This document shows, piece after piece, positions 41,268 through 50,071 of a DNA stretch of 64,000 bases. This stretch comes from Fervidicoccaceae archaeon (GTDB lineage Archaea; Thermoproteota; Thermoprotei_A; Sulfolobales; Fervidicoccaceae). The stretch is from assembly GCA_038734945.1 (NCBI GenBank), contig JAVYOA010000009.1:372001-436000 (forward strand), written 5' to 3'. Position numbers and translations under genes: made by a program. The first letter of the stretch is position 1. Every line of letters starts with the position of its first letter. The notes under the pieces are model-generated. The model was not told the origin of the DNA, did not search any database, and saw nothing but the letters and a program-made list of their open reading frames with translations.

Positions 41268-42047
41268 TCACGTATATAGCATGCTCGGTTGAGCTTCAAC
41301 GCTCTTTCCAGTTTGACTCATCATTCTCGCAGTCTGCTTCATCAGCTCCTTGTTTCTAAGCCTTATGAATTCTGCTTCTTCCAGCAACTTTTCTATGTTT
41401 ATTTTTGTTCCTATTAGCTTTGATAGCGCTTCAACAGCAACTGATGCTGCTTCAGGGTCCGGAAGCTCTGGAAAGGTTTCAGCCAGGAGAACAACGCTAT
41501 TGAGCCTAAACCTTCTGGATTCCTTCAGGAATATAGCGAATGGGCCAAGTATAGCTCCCTCAGTAAATAACTGAATGTTTTTATCGCCTATCATTTTTTT
41601 CATTTTGTCCCCTGAAAAAGCGGCATACACTTGGGGTTTCTCCTTGTTAATTCTATCTGGCGTTCCAAGACCAGTAATCCCCACAATAAAATCTATCCTC
41701 CTCCTCATAGCGTATTCCAATAGAGCGTAGCTGAACATCTGTATAGCTGCAGGAACTATTGGAATTTCAGATGCCACTATTAGCACCCCATCTTTCCTGA
41801 AAATTTTTATTGGAGGCTTTGCTTCGCCATCTCTGACAAAAACTACAGGAGGATTCAACCTAGGAATATCTATTCCGCCAACTTCGGTCGGATTCAGCTC
41901 TCTAATTAGATGGCTTATTGATATCCCACCTACAAGCCCAGCATCTGGGAAGCCCACGATGAGATATGAAGGAGACGGCAGCTCTATATCTTCATATTCT
42001 TGAAAAATCACACCCTCAATTTCCTCCTCGTTCTTTATTTGAGGCAT
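41268..42047 (-). CDS. PAC2 family proteasome assembly chaperone
   Basis: IVGFPDAGLVGGI, PELPDPEAA, LLEEAE. Confidence 0.9.
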   Translation of the reverse strand: MPQIKNEEEIEGVIFQEYEDIELPSPSYLIVGFPDAGLVGGISISHLIRELNPTEVGGIDIPRLNPPVVFVRDGEAKPPIKIFRKDGVLIVASEIPIVPAAIQMFSYALLEYAMRRRIDFIVGITGLGTPDRINKEKPQVYAAFSGDKMKKMIGDKNIQLFTEGAILGPFAIFLKESRRFRLNSVVLLAETFPELPDPEAASVAVEALSKLIGTKINIEKLLEEAEFIRLRNKELMKQTARMMSQTGKSVEAQPSMLYT

Positions 42048-42066
42048 AAATTATTCCCCTACTATG

Positions 42067-42486
42067 TTATTTTTTTGCTATTCTCTCCTTTATTAGTTCT
42101 GCATACTTAGTTGGTGAAAGCAGCTCGGCAATTTCTTCCTTGTTTTGAATTTTTATCTTAACTATCCATCCGCTCTCATAGGGATCATTGTTTATCAGCT
42201 GTGGTGCTTCTAGCAGCGTTTCATTTACATCCACGATTTCACCCGTTAGAGGGGAATATACATCTGAGACAGCTTTAACCGAGTCCAAAGTAGCAATAGC
42301 ATCCCCTCTCTCCACTCTTTTCCCTTTTTGGGGAAGATCGACTCCAACTATATCTCTCAGCTGTTTCTGAGCGAAGTCTGTTATCCCCAAAATAGCTATT
42401 TCTCCATCGAGCTTGACCCACTCATCCGTTTTTGTGTAAAGCAAGTCATCCCTAAGTATATAGTTCTTTATCTGTAAAATACCCAA
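42067..42486 (-). CDS. gcvH: Glycine cleavage system H protein
   Basis: GITDFAQKQL.DIV, lipoyl-Lys DSVKAVSDVYSP, INNDPYESGW; ORF track starts at 42513. Confidence 0.95.
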   Translation of the reverse strand: MGILQIKNYILRDDLLYTKTDEWVKLDGEIAILGITDFAQKQLRDIVGVDLPQKGKRVERGDAIATLDSVKAVSDVYSPLTGEIVDVNETLLEAPQLINNDPYESGWIVKIKIQNKEEIAELLSPTKYAELIKERIAKK

Positions 42487-42604
42487 TTTTATCACCACTT
42501 TCATAAGTGCCATTTACATGGCCTTATTATTTTCCAGTATAGAGTACTATCGGATTTTTCTCTGAGTAAGCAAATTTATAGTTTGTCTTCAATACCAAAG
42601 ATCG

Positions 42605-43732
42605 GTGAGTGAAAAAATGAAGGAAATTCCCTTGAAGAAGCTTCACGAACAATTGGGAGCAAATTTTGGAGAGTTTGCTGGCTGGCTGGTCCCAATGGAC
42701 TATGGCTCAGTAATTCAAGAACATCAGTCTGTAAGAAAATCAGTTGGCATATTTGACATCAGCCATATGGGTAGAATAGCAATCAGAGGAGAGGATTCAA
42801 TTTATTTGCTGGAAAAAACATTCACGAAAAAAATCCAGAAAACCAAAGAGGGATTCATGAGTGGTCCCACGCTGGCTCTCAATTATTTTGCCAGAGTTAT
42901 AGATGACGAAATGCTCTATAGGGTTAGCAATACGGAATTTCTGAGTGTTCCCAATGCTGCATATAAAGACAGAATGATTGGGCATTTGAATGAAATCGCG
43001 AAAAATGAGAAGCTGAGAGTAACAATAGACGATCTCACAGACAAATATGTAATGTTTGCTGTTCAGGGCCCCAAAAGCCCCGAAGCAATGGAAAAGATAG
43101 GGTTGAAGGACGCTCTAGAACTTAAACCCCTTCAGTTCATGATACAGAATGCTGACATGCAAAACGGGGTTTACTTGATAAGCAGAAGTGGTTGGACTGG
43201 TGAGGACGGATTCGAGCTGTGGATCAGGGTAGAAAAAGGAGAGGAATTCTATAGAAAATTACTAGAAGCAGGTGCTGTCCCAGTAGGAATTGCTGCTAGG
43301 GATTCTCTGAGGATGGAAATGGGATTTGTACTTGGTGGAAATGAATATGGGGAAGATCCTAGGCACTATCCGTGTGCTACATCTCTGAGATATGGAATGG
43401 GAGCCATTGATTGGGATAAAGTCGGATTCATTGGGGAAGAAACCCTTAGAGCCTGCAGAAGAGAGGGAGCTAGGTGGCTGAGATTTGGCTTCATCATGAG
43501 AAAAGAGCATAGTAGGTACATTCCAAGAAAAGGGAGCAAAATACTTGTGGAAGACATTGAAATAGGATGGATTACAAGCGGAAGTTTCAGCCCTGTTTTG
43601 GAAAGGGGAATTGCTCAGGGATACATTGACAGCAGATATGCGATTGTGGGAGAGCATGTTGAAATAGTGGATGAGAGAGGAAGGAAAGGAACAGCGAAAA
43701 TAGAGGACTTCCCGCTGATAAATAGAAAATAG
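42605..43732 (+). CDS. gcvT: Glycine cleavage system T protein (aminomethyltransferase)
   Basis: FAGWLVPMDY, FDISHMG, AVQGPKS, SRSGWTGEDGFE, ARDSLRME. Confidence 0.95.
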   Translation: MSEKMKEIPLKKLHEQLGANFGEFAGWLVPMDYGSVIQEHQSVRKSVGIFDISHMGRIAIRGEDSIYLLEKTFTKKIQKTKEGFMSGPTLALNYFARVIDDEMLYRVSNTEFLSVPNAAYKDRMIGHLNEIAKNEKLRVTIDDLTDKYVMFAVQGPKSPEAMEKIGLKDALELKPLQFMIQNADMQNGVYLISRSGWTGEDGFELWIRVEKGEEFYRKLLEAGAVPVGIAARDSLRMEMGFVLGGNEYGEDPRHYPCATSLRYGMGAIDWDKVGFIGEETLRACRREGARWLRFGFIMRKEHSRYIPRKGSKILVEDIEIGWITSGSFSPVLERGIAQGYIDSRYAIVGEHVEIVDERGRKGTAKIEDFPLINRK

Positions 43733-43819
43733 ACTTTTTCAAGCTTTTTTGGGAAACCATGTCCCGTCCCTTTTAAACTTTTCCTACAATGAATTTATAA
43801 TAGAGAACAATCGGTGTGA

Positions 43820-44560
43820 GTGGCAATGGTCACAAATTACACAGTTGATAACCTTGACAAATATGTAGGTCAAAAGGTAAAAGATCCCTACCAGAGGGTA
43901 ATTGGATCACTGGCAAGCCTATACAGCGACATAGACGGGAATGTAAAGGCTGTGGAAGTTCTATTTGGCGACTCTTACTTCAAGACAGTCCAAGCTGATA
44001 GAATCCTAATTCAGAAAGACGAAATAGTGCTTCTTCCAGATTGGAAGTACTCAGCACTTAGAGTCATTGAAAGACTAGAAAGAGCAAGAAGAAGAGCCAA
44101 GGCCCTTGATGATCTCTATGCTAAAGGAGAGATAGCAAGAAGCGCTTATGAGGAATTCAAAGGGCAGGTCTCAAGAGATCTAGATTCGTTGAAGAAGGAG
44201 GCAAATGAAGCGAAGGAAATGATAAAGAAGAGGATTGGTGAGCTCGAGGACCAAATAGTGGAGATAGAGAAGGCCATAACAGCTCTGAAAATGAGCTACA
44301 TTGCAGGAGAAATAGGAGAGAGAGGATACAAGCCAGCTGCTGATATATTGAGGCAGAACAAGGATAGAAACCTTGAAGAGAAAAACGAGGCAAAGAGAAT
44401 ACTCGATTTAATAGCAAAACTGGAAACACAGAACCTTGATATTGATGCGGTTCTGAAGGAAATATCTCCCTCAACCACCGAAGGAGTTCAAAAAGGAGCA
44501 GAGCAGCCAATAGTGGTGGAGCTTCACGAACAGCCTACTGCTCAGAGTGGAACAGCATAA
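43820..44560 (+). CDS. cdvA: Cell division protein CdvA
   Basis: GQKVKDPYQRVIG (PRC barrel), coiled coil, LKMSYIAGEI, C-terminal PIVVEL. Confidence 0.93.
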   Translation: MAMVTNYTVDNLDKYVGQKVKDPYQRVIGSLASLYSDIDGNVKAVEVLFGDSYFKTVQADRILIQKDEIVLLPDWKYSALRVIERLERARRRAKALDDLYAKGEIARSAYEEFKGQVSRDLDSLKKEANEAKEMIKKRIGELEDQIVEIEKAITALKMSYIAGEIGERGYKPAADILRQNKDRNLEEKNEAKRILDLIAKLETQNLDIDAVLKEISPSTTEGVQKGAEQPIVVELHEQPTAQSGTA

Positions 44561-44633
44561 CATGAGGAGAAAACACAAAATCACCGTAGCAACAGCTCTC
44601 CCAAAAAGTGGGGAGGGGTCTAGGTGTTAGAAT

Positions 44634-45545
44634 ATGTCTTCAGTCATTGATAGAGGAGGGAAAAAGGGAATACTGTCCTGGTTCAGAGGACTGCTAGGTG
44701 CGGAGTCAGATAGGAGAGCTGACTGGGAGGAAATGCTTCAGGACATAATGGTTAGGTTGAAGAACGAGCAGGACAAGTTTGAAGAACTGGAATATAGAAC
44801 AAAGAAGAGGATAGATGAGCTCTTTGCTAGGGCTGTTGATAATTTCAAGCTGATGAACTCTGCTACAAAGGAAGATGAGAGAGGCACCTATCAGAACCTA
44901 GGCAAGGTCTATGCGGAGGAAGTATATGAGCTGAGAAGCTTTCTGAAGGCAATCCGCTTCACAAAGATAAGCTTGGAAAGAGTAATTCAGAGGCTTCAAA
45001 CTGTAAAAGACATTCACGACTTTCACGCAGTCCTGGGTCCTGTAGCAAACATGCTAAATGGAGTGAAAACAGAAATATCTTCAATATTCCCGAAAGCAGG
45101 TGAAACCCTAGATGAGATAAATAGGCTAATAACCGACATAATTGTAACAACAACTTCGGGAAACCAGTACAATGCAAGCCACAACTTCCTTCAGAATGAA
45201 GATGTTGAGAGCGTGATAAAAGAAGCCTGGAAGCAGGCTGAGAACAGCGTTGAGGCCGAACTTCCTGAGCCAGAGAAGCTCAGACCTCAAAATGCTTCCC
45301 AGCGGGCTCAGCAGAAACAAGTAGAGAAAAAAGCTGTACAAGTTCCAATACAGACAGTTCCATCAAATTCCAATGAAGAACTTGAGCAGTTGGTGCTTGA
45401 GGAAATAAAGAGAAGCGGGGGAAAAATTTTCGTCACAGAAATATCAGCGAAGCTTGGGATTGATAAGGAGAAAGTCTATGAAGTTCTTTACAATCTGAGT
45501 AAGAAGGGCAAAATCAAGATAGCCTCTCCGGGAAGAACACAATAA
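44634..45545 (+). CDS. cdvB: ESCRT-III cell division protein CdvB with C-terminal wHTH
   Basis: Snf7-like helices, ELPEP MIM2-like motif, C-terminal winged helix; lies between cdvA and cdvC. Confidence 0.9.
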   Translation: MSSVIDRGGKKGILSWFRGLLGAESDRRADWEEMLQDIMVRLKNEQDKFEELEYRTKKRIDELFARAVDNFKLMNSATKEDERGTYQNLGKVYAEEVYELRSFLKAIRFTKISLERVIQRLQTVKDIHDFHAVLGPVANMLNGVKTEISSIFPKAGETLDEINRLITDIIVTTTSGNQYNASHNFLQNEDVESVIKEAWKQAENSVEAELPEPEKLRPQNASQRAQQKQVEKKAVQVPIQTVPSNSNEELEQLVLEEIKRSGGKIFVTEISAKLGIDKEKVYEVLYNLSKKGKIKIASPGRTQ

Positions 45546-45557
45546 TAATTTTTCGAG

Positions 45558-46694
45558 GTGATTTTTTTGGCTTTCCCATATTTACAGGAAATGGCAACTA
45601 GGTATGCCAGAGCAGCAGTAGCAGCTGATAAGGATGGAGACTATGATGCTGCCATTCAGAATTACAGGAAAGCCATAGAAATACTTACAAAAATAGTGAG
45701 AATGTATCCAGACAGTCCTCTCGTTTCCACTTATCTTGAAATGATAAAAAGCTATGAGAAAAGAATACAGCAGCTGCAGAATGATGCTGAAGCAGTTGGA
45801 GAATCCAGAACAAAGGGATCGGAAAAGAAGGATCTCTTAGAGGATATAGTTCTAGCGCAAAAACCAAACGTGAAGTTTGATGACATAGCAGATCTCAGGG
45901 ATGCCAAGCAAGCCATAACAGAGGCAATTATATATCCAATAAAGAGGCCAGACCTCTTCCCACTTGGATGGCCAAGGGGGATCCTCCTCTTTGGACCTCC
46001 AGGATGCGGAAAAACCATGCTAGCGGCAGCAGTTGCCAATGAAGTAAATGGCTATTTTCTCTATGTAGATGCTGCCAACATAATGTCCAAGTGGCTTGGA
46101 GAAGCTGAGAAAAACGTCAGCAAGATTTTCAAGTTTGCAAGAGAAAAAAACGAGGAAGGATCTCCGGTAATAATATTCATCGATGAGATTGACGCATTGC
46201 TGGGAACATTCTCTGGAGAAATAGGCGGCGAAGTTAGAGTGAGAAATCAATTCTTGAAGGAAATGGATGGAATTCAAGATAAAGATAAGAAATTCCATAT
46301 CTATGTAATAGGAGCGACGAATAAGCCATGGCAACTTGATGAAGCCTTCATAAGGAGATTCAACAAGAGAATATTCATACCACTTCCAGACAAGGAAGCT
46401 AGAATGCAGCTATTCAAGCTCTATACAAAGAATCTTCCTATTTCAAACGATATTGACTTCGACAAGCTGGTTGAGCAGACAGAAGGGTATACTGCAAGCG
46501 ATATTAGAGATGTAATCCAAGCAGCTCATATGAGAGTAATAAGAGAGTTCTTCGAGAAGAATCTAGGAAACGGAGAACCGAGAGCTATAAACATGGAGGA
46601 CTTCTTGGAAATATTGCGCATAAGGAAGCCCAGCGTTGATCCCCTCTATGTTAAGAGGTATGAAGCTTGGTTTGAGAAATTCAAGGCATTATAA
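45558..46694 (+). CDS. cdvC: Vps4-like AAA ATPase CdvC
   Basis: MIT domain, GWPRGILLFGPPGCGKT, SKWLGEAEK, FIDEID, ATNKPW. Confidence 0.95.
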   Translation: MIFLAFPYLQEMATRYARAAVAADKDGDYDAAIQNYRKAIEILTKIVRMYPDSPLVSTYLEMIKSYEKRIQQLQNDAEAVGESRTKGSEKKDLLEDIVLAQKPNVKFDDIADLRDAKQAITEAIIYPIKRPDLFPLGWPRGILLFGPPGCGKTMLAAAVANEVNGYFLYVDAANIMSKWLGEAEKNVSKIFKFAREKNEEGSPVIIFIDEIDALLGTFSGEIGGEVRVRNQFLKEMDGIQDKDKKFHIYVIGATNKPWQLDEAFIRRFNKRIFIPLPDKEARMQLFKLYTKNLPISNDIDFDKLVEQTEGYTASDIRDVIQAAHMRVIREFFEKNLGNGEPRAINMEDFLEILRIRKPSVDPLYVKRYEAWFEKFKAL

Positions 46695-46731
46695 CACGGA
46701 GGAGATCCCCCCAAATATTTCAGCAAATCCC

Positions 46732-46762
46732 GTTGAAAAAATTTCCATGCGGATTTTTCAAC
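46732..46762. terminator. Inverted repeat/hairpin between the convergent cdvC and DUF1464 operons
   Basis: GTTGAAAAA...TTTTTCAAC with inner TCC/GGA pairs. Confidence 0.45.
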
Positions 46763-46917
46763 TATTATACCTATTTCCTTTTATTGGAGCTAAGTGCTAA
46801 GCTGGGCTCTCTTTTGTTCTACTTGTCTCTGCTTATCCCAAGTCCTTACCCTATAAGCAGAAGGAAATTGTGCTCAGTTATGGTTCAAAAGGACTTAGGC
46901 ATTGTTCATAGCAATAC

Positions 46918-46971
46918 TCAGATACCCCAGAGAGGCTCATCGCCGAACTCACTCGGCATGACTCTCATCAT
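46918..46971 (-). ncRNA. Candidate C/D-box sRNA overlapping the DUF1464 stop codon
   Basis: ATGATGA (C) - 12 nt - GTGA (D'-like) - GCGATGA (C'-like) - 15 nt - CTGA (D), 54 nt in total; target not identified. Confidence 0.4.
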
Positions 46972-48121
46972 CGTTTCTGAATATCATTTCAAACTTTTCC
47001 TTCTTTAAGCTTTTCCTATATGCCTCAAAGTGCCTTTCAGCAACCTTTCTAAGATCTGGTATATATATGAAATCCATTACTGTTCCACCTGCTCTATCGA
47101 GCTTCATTTGTCTGAAGATAGATGTAAACCTTCCTCCGAGCAGTGCATCCCCCATCATTGCCATACCTTGTGCTGCCTCCTTCGAAGCAAAGCTTCCCTC
47201 CAGTCTAGGCCTGGTGAAAACTATATTCAAACCAAGCTCTTTCTTCAGAAAAAGTGAGAGCTCTGGGTTGCTCCACCTTCCGCTTAAAACTACAGGCTCT
47301 GTTCCACTCCCTCCCAAATAGTGAATTCCAGCCTTAATTGTTTGAAGCATATTTTTTGCATATGCTCTGCAGATCTCTCCTCTAGACTGAAAAACCTCAT
47401 ACATTGGAATATTACCACACGTCTCAAAAAGTCCCCCCTTCCACACAGAATTCCTTTTCCATCTCTTCCCAGCCACCACAATCTCTAGGTCTAGGGGACC
47501 AGCTGTCAGGAATCCAGGACCCAAGGATGTTCCGCCAAGACCTCCATATATATATCCGTTCTTCACTCTGATTAGAGCATTGTAACCAAACCCGAGCTCG
47601 AGGAGGAAGAAATCATTAATGCCATTCTCCCCAAGGACCCCCCTTAAGTAATGGGAAGCGATAAATGTCGAAGCTAATTTATCAGCTGTTCCCAAATCTA
47701 TTTTATTCACCTTGAAGGAAATTTCCACGGTGGAAAGCTGTTTAACTGAAGGGATATAGCAAGCTGGGGCTCCCTTTCTCCACAACTGAGTACCCAACTT
47801 ATACAGAGCTCTGTAGACATTAAAGCCAAGATCATTCTGCTTCTTCATCAAGAGGTATAGCGGAGTGAGGAGAAGAATTTCAGAGAAGAATATCTTTGGA
47901 TCCACAATATCATCGTTGCATACATAGGGGACTCCGTAGCCAGAAGGGCCAATAATTATATCAGCTTCCCCCTCCTCTCTCTTCAGCTCCTGAAGGAGAA
48001 TTTCAGGATTTGAAGCTATTTGCTCCGTTTCCATGCTTTTTTCCCAAACAACCCTTCCATCACTGAGGAGAACTATGTCAAAGCTCTTTGTACCAGGATC
48101 TATTCCTAAGCTCTTCACCAT
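46949..48121 (-). CDS. DUF1464 family protein (ASKHA-like fold)
   Basis: GIDPGTKSFD, GPSGYG, KIDLGTADK, ELGFGYN, KEAAQG. Confidence 0.88.
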   Translation of the reverse strand: MVKSLGIDPGTKSFDIVLLSDGRVVWEKSMETEQIASNPEILLQELKREEGEADIIIGPSGYGVPYVCNDDIVDPKIFFSEILLLTPLYLLMKKQNDLGFNVYRALYKLGTQLWRKGAPACYIPSVKQLSTVEISFKVNKIDLGTADKLASTFIASHYLRGVLGENGINDFFLLELGFGYNALIRVKNGYIYGGLGGTSLGPGFLTAGPLDLEIVVAGKRWKRNSVWKGGLFETCGNIPMYEVFQSRGEICRAYAKNMLQTIKAGIHYLGGSGTEPVVLSGRWSNPELSLFLKKELGLNIVFTRPRLEGSFASKEAAQGMAMMGDALLGGRFTSIFRQMKLDRAGGTVMDFIYIPDLRKVAERHFEAYRKSLKKEKFEMIFRNDDESHAE

Positions 48122-48932
48122 CTATCATTACCTCCCCATATACATTGAATGGATGAATTGACTCGAAGCTCGTTACTCTAACAGATATCCAGTCAGCCTT
48201 CAAAGATATTGAACTTTTAGCAAGCTGCCATCCAATTTTCCTGGCAAGGTCCTCGGCGAAGAGAGGAGTATTTATTATCTTTTTTATAAGCCTTTCCTCC
48301 TCATCTCGGGATAGATATACTTGCAGCTTTCCTGAAAAAGACTGGCTAATCAGGTCAATTAGCTCCATAGCATTTTCTAGAGACATGCTGTTTTTGTGAC
48401 TCTCTACTTTAACCTCTGCAAGTGCCCTCTGCATATGAGTAGGCGTTACATTCCAGTCAGTTTTTTCATAGAATTTGAATACCTCCTTTGCACATGGACA
48501 TGATATGGTTCCCTTCATAGAAACAGCGAGATGCCACCTCTCTTCCCCTGTCCTCTTTCTAGTTACTCCCAAACGTATGGGGATCTCCTGTCCATCTTTT
48601 GGAACTGAAAAAATTATTTTGATCTCAGCTGAGTTTGAATCAGGATGAGACGATAGAGCTCTCGCAGCAATGCGGGAAAGGGCATTTTCTATCCTCATGC
48701 ATTTTTCATCGAATGTCTCCAGCACATTAGAAACAAGCCTTGCAATGTGAACGCCCTTTTTGCTACCAGGGAGGGAGATCAGGACCGAGAGTCTTCCAGA
48801 TACATCCAAGCACGAGCTATCCCATTCCAAGCTAATTGGTATATACAAACTCCTAATTCCAGCTCTGTTAATATCCAAAGGATAAGCAGGAGGGTCTTCA
48901 TGAATATCTGGCGATGCCTGTTTAAAGCTCAT
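48078..48932 (-). CDS. mptA: GTP cyclohydrolase MptA/FolE2 family
   Basis: KGVHIAR, SCPCA, PTHMQR, FAEDLAR, FESIH. Confidence 0.85.
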   Translation of the reverse strand: MSFKQASPDIHEDPPAYPLDINRAGIRSLYIPISLEWDSSCLDVSGRLSVLISLPGSKKGVHIARLVSNVLETFDEKCMRIENALSRIAARALSSHPDSNSAEIKIIFSVPKDGQEIPIRLGVTRKRTGEERWHLAVSMKGTISCPCAKEVFKFYEKTDWNVTPTHMQRALAEVKVESHKNSMSLENAMELIDLISQSFSGKLQVYLSRDEEERLIKKIINTPLFAEDLARKIGWQLAKSSISLKADWISVRVTSFESIHPFNVYGEVMIDGEELRNRSWYKEL

Positions 48933-49335
48933 CGCTCTTCACTTCCACAAAATTGTTCTTTCCCTCATATAGCCTAACCGTAATTTTTCCATCGATTTTC
49001 TTCCGCAAATCCTTCAATATAGAAAGGGCAATGTATTCTGTAGTAGCATGTGGATAGTCAATTAGCTTAATATCTGTCCTAAATAGGCCACTAAGTTGAG
49101 TTTTTGAGATGTGGGAAGCAGGAAGGATCAATTTGTGGTCATATTCGGAAAGAACTTCTCTAGCTGCCTTTTTCAGAGTGCTGAAATCCATAATCATTCC
49201 AGTTTCAGCATTAATTTCTCCCTCAACTTCCAGCTCCAGTTCGAATGTGTGACCATGGAGAGACTCGCACTTTCCATTCTCTGACAATGTATAGTGAGAT
49301 GAATCAAAGGTAAGTCCCTTAATGCCTACTTTCAT
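48922..49335 (-). CDS. 6-pyruvoyl-tetrahydropterin synthase family protein (COG0720)
   Basis: FDSSH, CESLHGH, MIMDF, YDHK, TTEYIA, LYEG. Confidence 0.9.
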   Translation of the reverse strand: MKVGIKGLTFDSSHYTLSENGKCESLHGHTFELELEVEGEINAETGMIMDFSTLKKAAREVLSEYDHKLILPASHISKTQLSGLFRTDIKLIDYPHATTEYIALSILKDLRKKIDGKITVRLYEGKNNFVEVKSDEL

Positions 49336-50071
49336 GCATCTCAGCCTCCCATGGAAATGGAGAACATTCAATTAAACCGGAGAGAGGTATTTCCACATTT
49401 TCTCCCTTGCATTTCAACCATTCAACTAGAAGCTTCCCTATCCAGAACTTCCTCATCCTAGTGCTTTTCGGAAAGCTATTCCTTGAGGGTAAAACAGTTT
49501 CTCCAATGGAATAAACGCGTACATTTCTGGCTCCAAAGAAGAGAGCAGCGAACACGGATCTATCACCATCTGTGAATCCACCAAAATTAAAAAAAGGAGG
49601 TTGGGGATCCCTCTGAGTTGTAAAGAGAACTTTGCCCTTCAGCCCTCTGAGCTTCTCAATGAAATTGGATGCAGCTTGAAAATTGTCTCCATGAATGTGT
49701 CCAACAATCAATGAAATTTTACTCATTAATCCTTCATCAATTCCTGAAATTCCATCGAAGTCTGTAACTAGCATATCTGGGGTTCTCCTAAGTTTTTTCA
49801 CTGCTTTCCATAAAGCTGAATCTGCTACTACTAAGACCTCCCCCTCAATTCTCTCAATTATCTCCAGCTCAGGACCATTGCCAACTATCGCTACTTCCTT
49901 TCCCTCTATTAATTGAAAGCCGCGATTCAGTGCATCTAGATCATACTCTATCTTATTAGCAAGCATTTTTGCGGCAATGCTATCTTCTGAAAAATTGAGA
50001 GGGAGCTGATTAACAATCCAATTAAAAATTTTGCCATATTCCGAGCTTTCAAACAGATCTCTGCTTAGCAT
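49319..50071 (-). CDS. mptE: 6-hydroxymethyl-7,8-dihydropterin diphosphokinase MptE-like (DUF115)
   Basis: IVGNGP, VADSA, VTDFDG, HIHGDN, FGGFTDGDR. Confidence 0.88.
   Translation of the reverse strand: MLSRDLFESSEYGKIFNWIVNQLPLNFSEDSIAAKMLANKIEYDLDALNRGFQLIEGKEVAIVGNGPELEIIERIEGEVLVVADSALWKAVKKLRRTPDMLVTDFDGISGIDEGLMSKISLIVGHIHGDNFQAASNFIEKLRGLKGKVLFTTQRDPQPPFFNFGGFTDGDRSVFAALFFGARNVRVYSIGETVLPSRNSFPKSTRMRKFWIGKLLVEWLKCKGENVEIPLSGLIECSPFPWEAEMHESRH

Noticed and set aside
46696..46975. TPP or fluoride riboswitch, SRP RNA or RNase P RNA
   Set aside because: Only short partial matches (GGGG..CTGAG, GGCGATG); the required conserved cores and pairings are missing
46733..47008. 91-aa plus-strand ORF
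   Set aside because: Starts inside a hairpin, overlaps DUF1464 antisense, and has no SD site or recognisable motif
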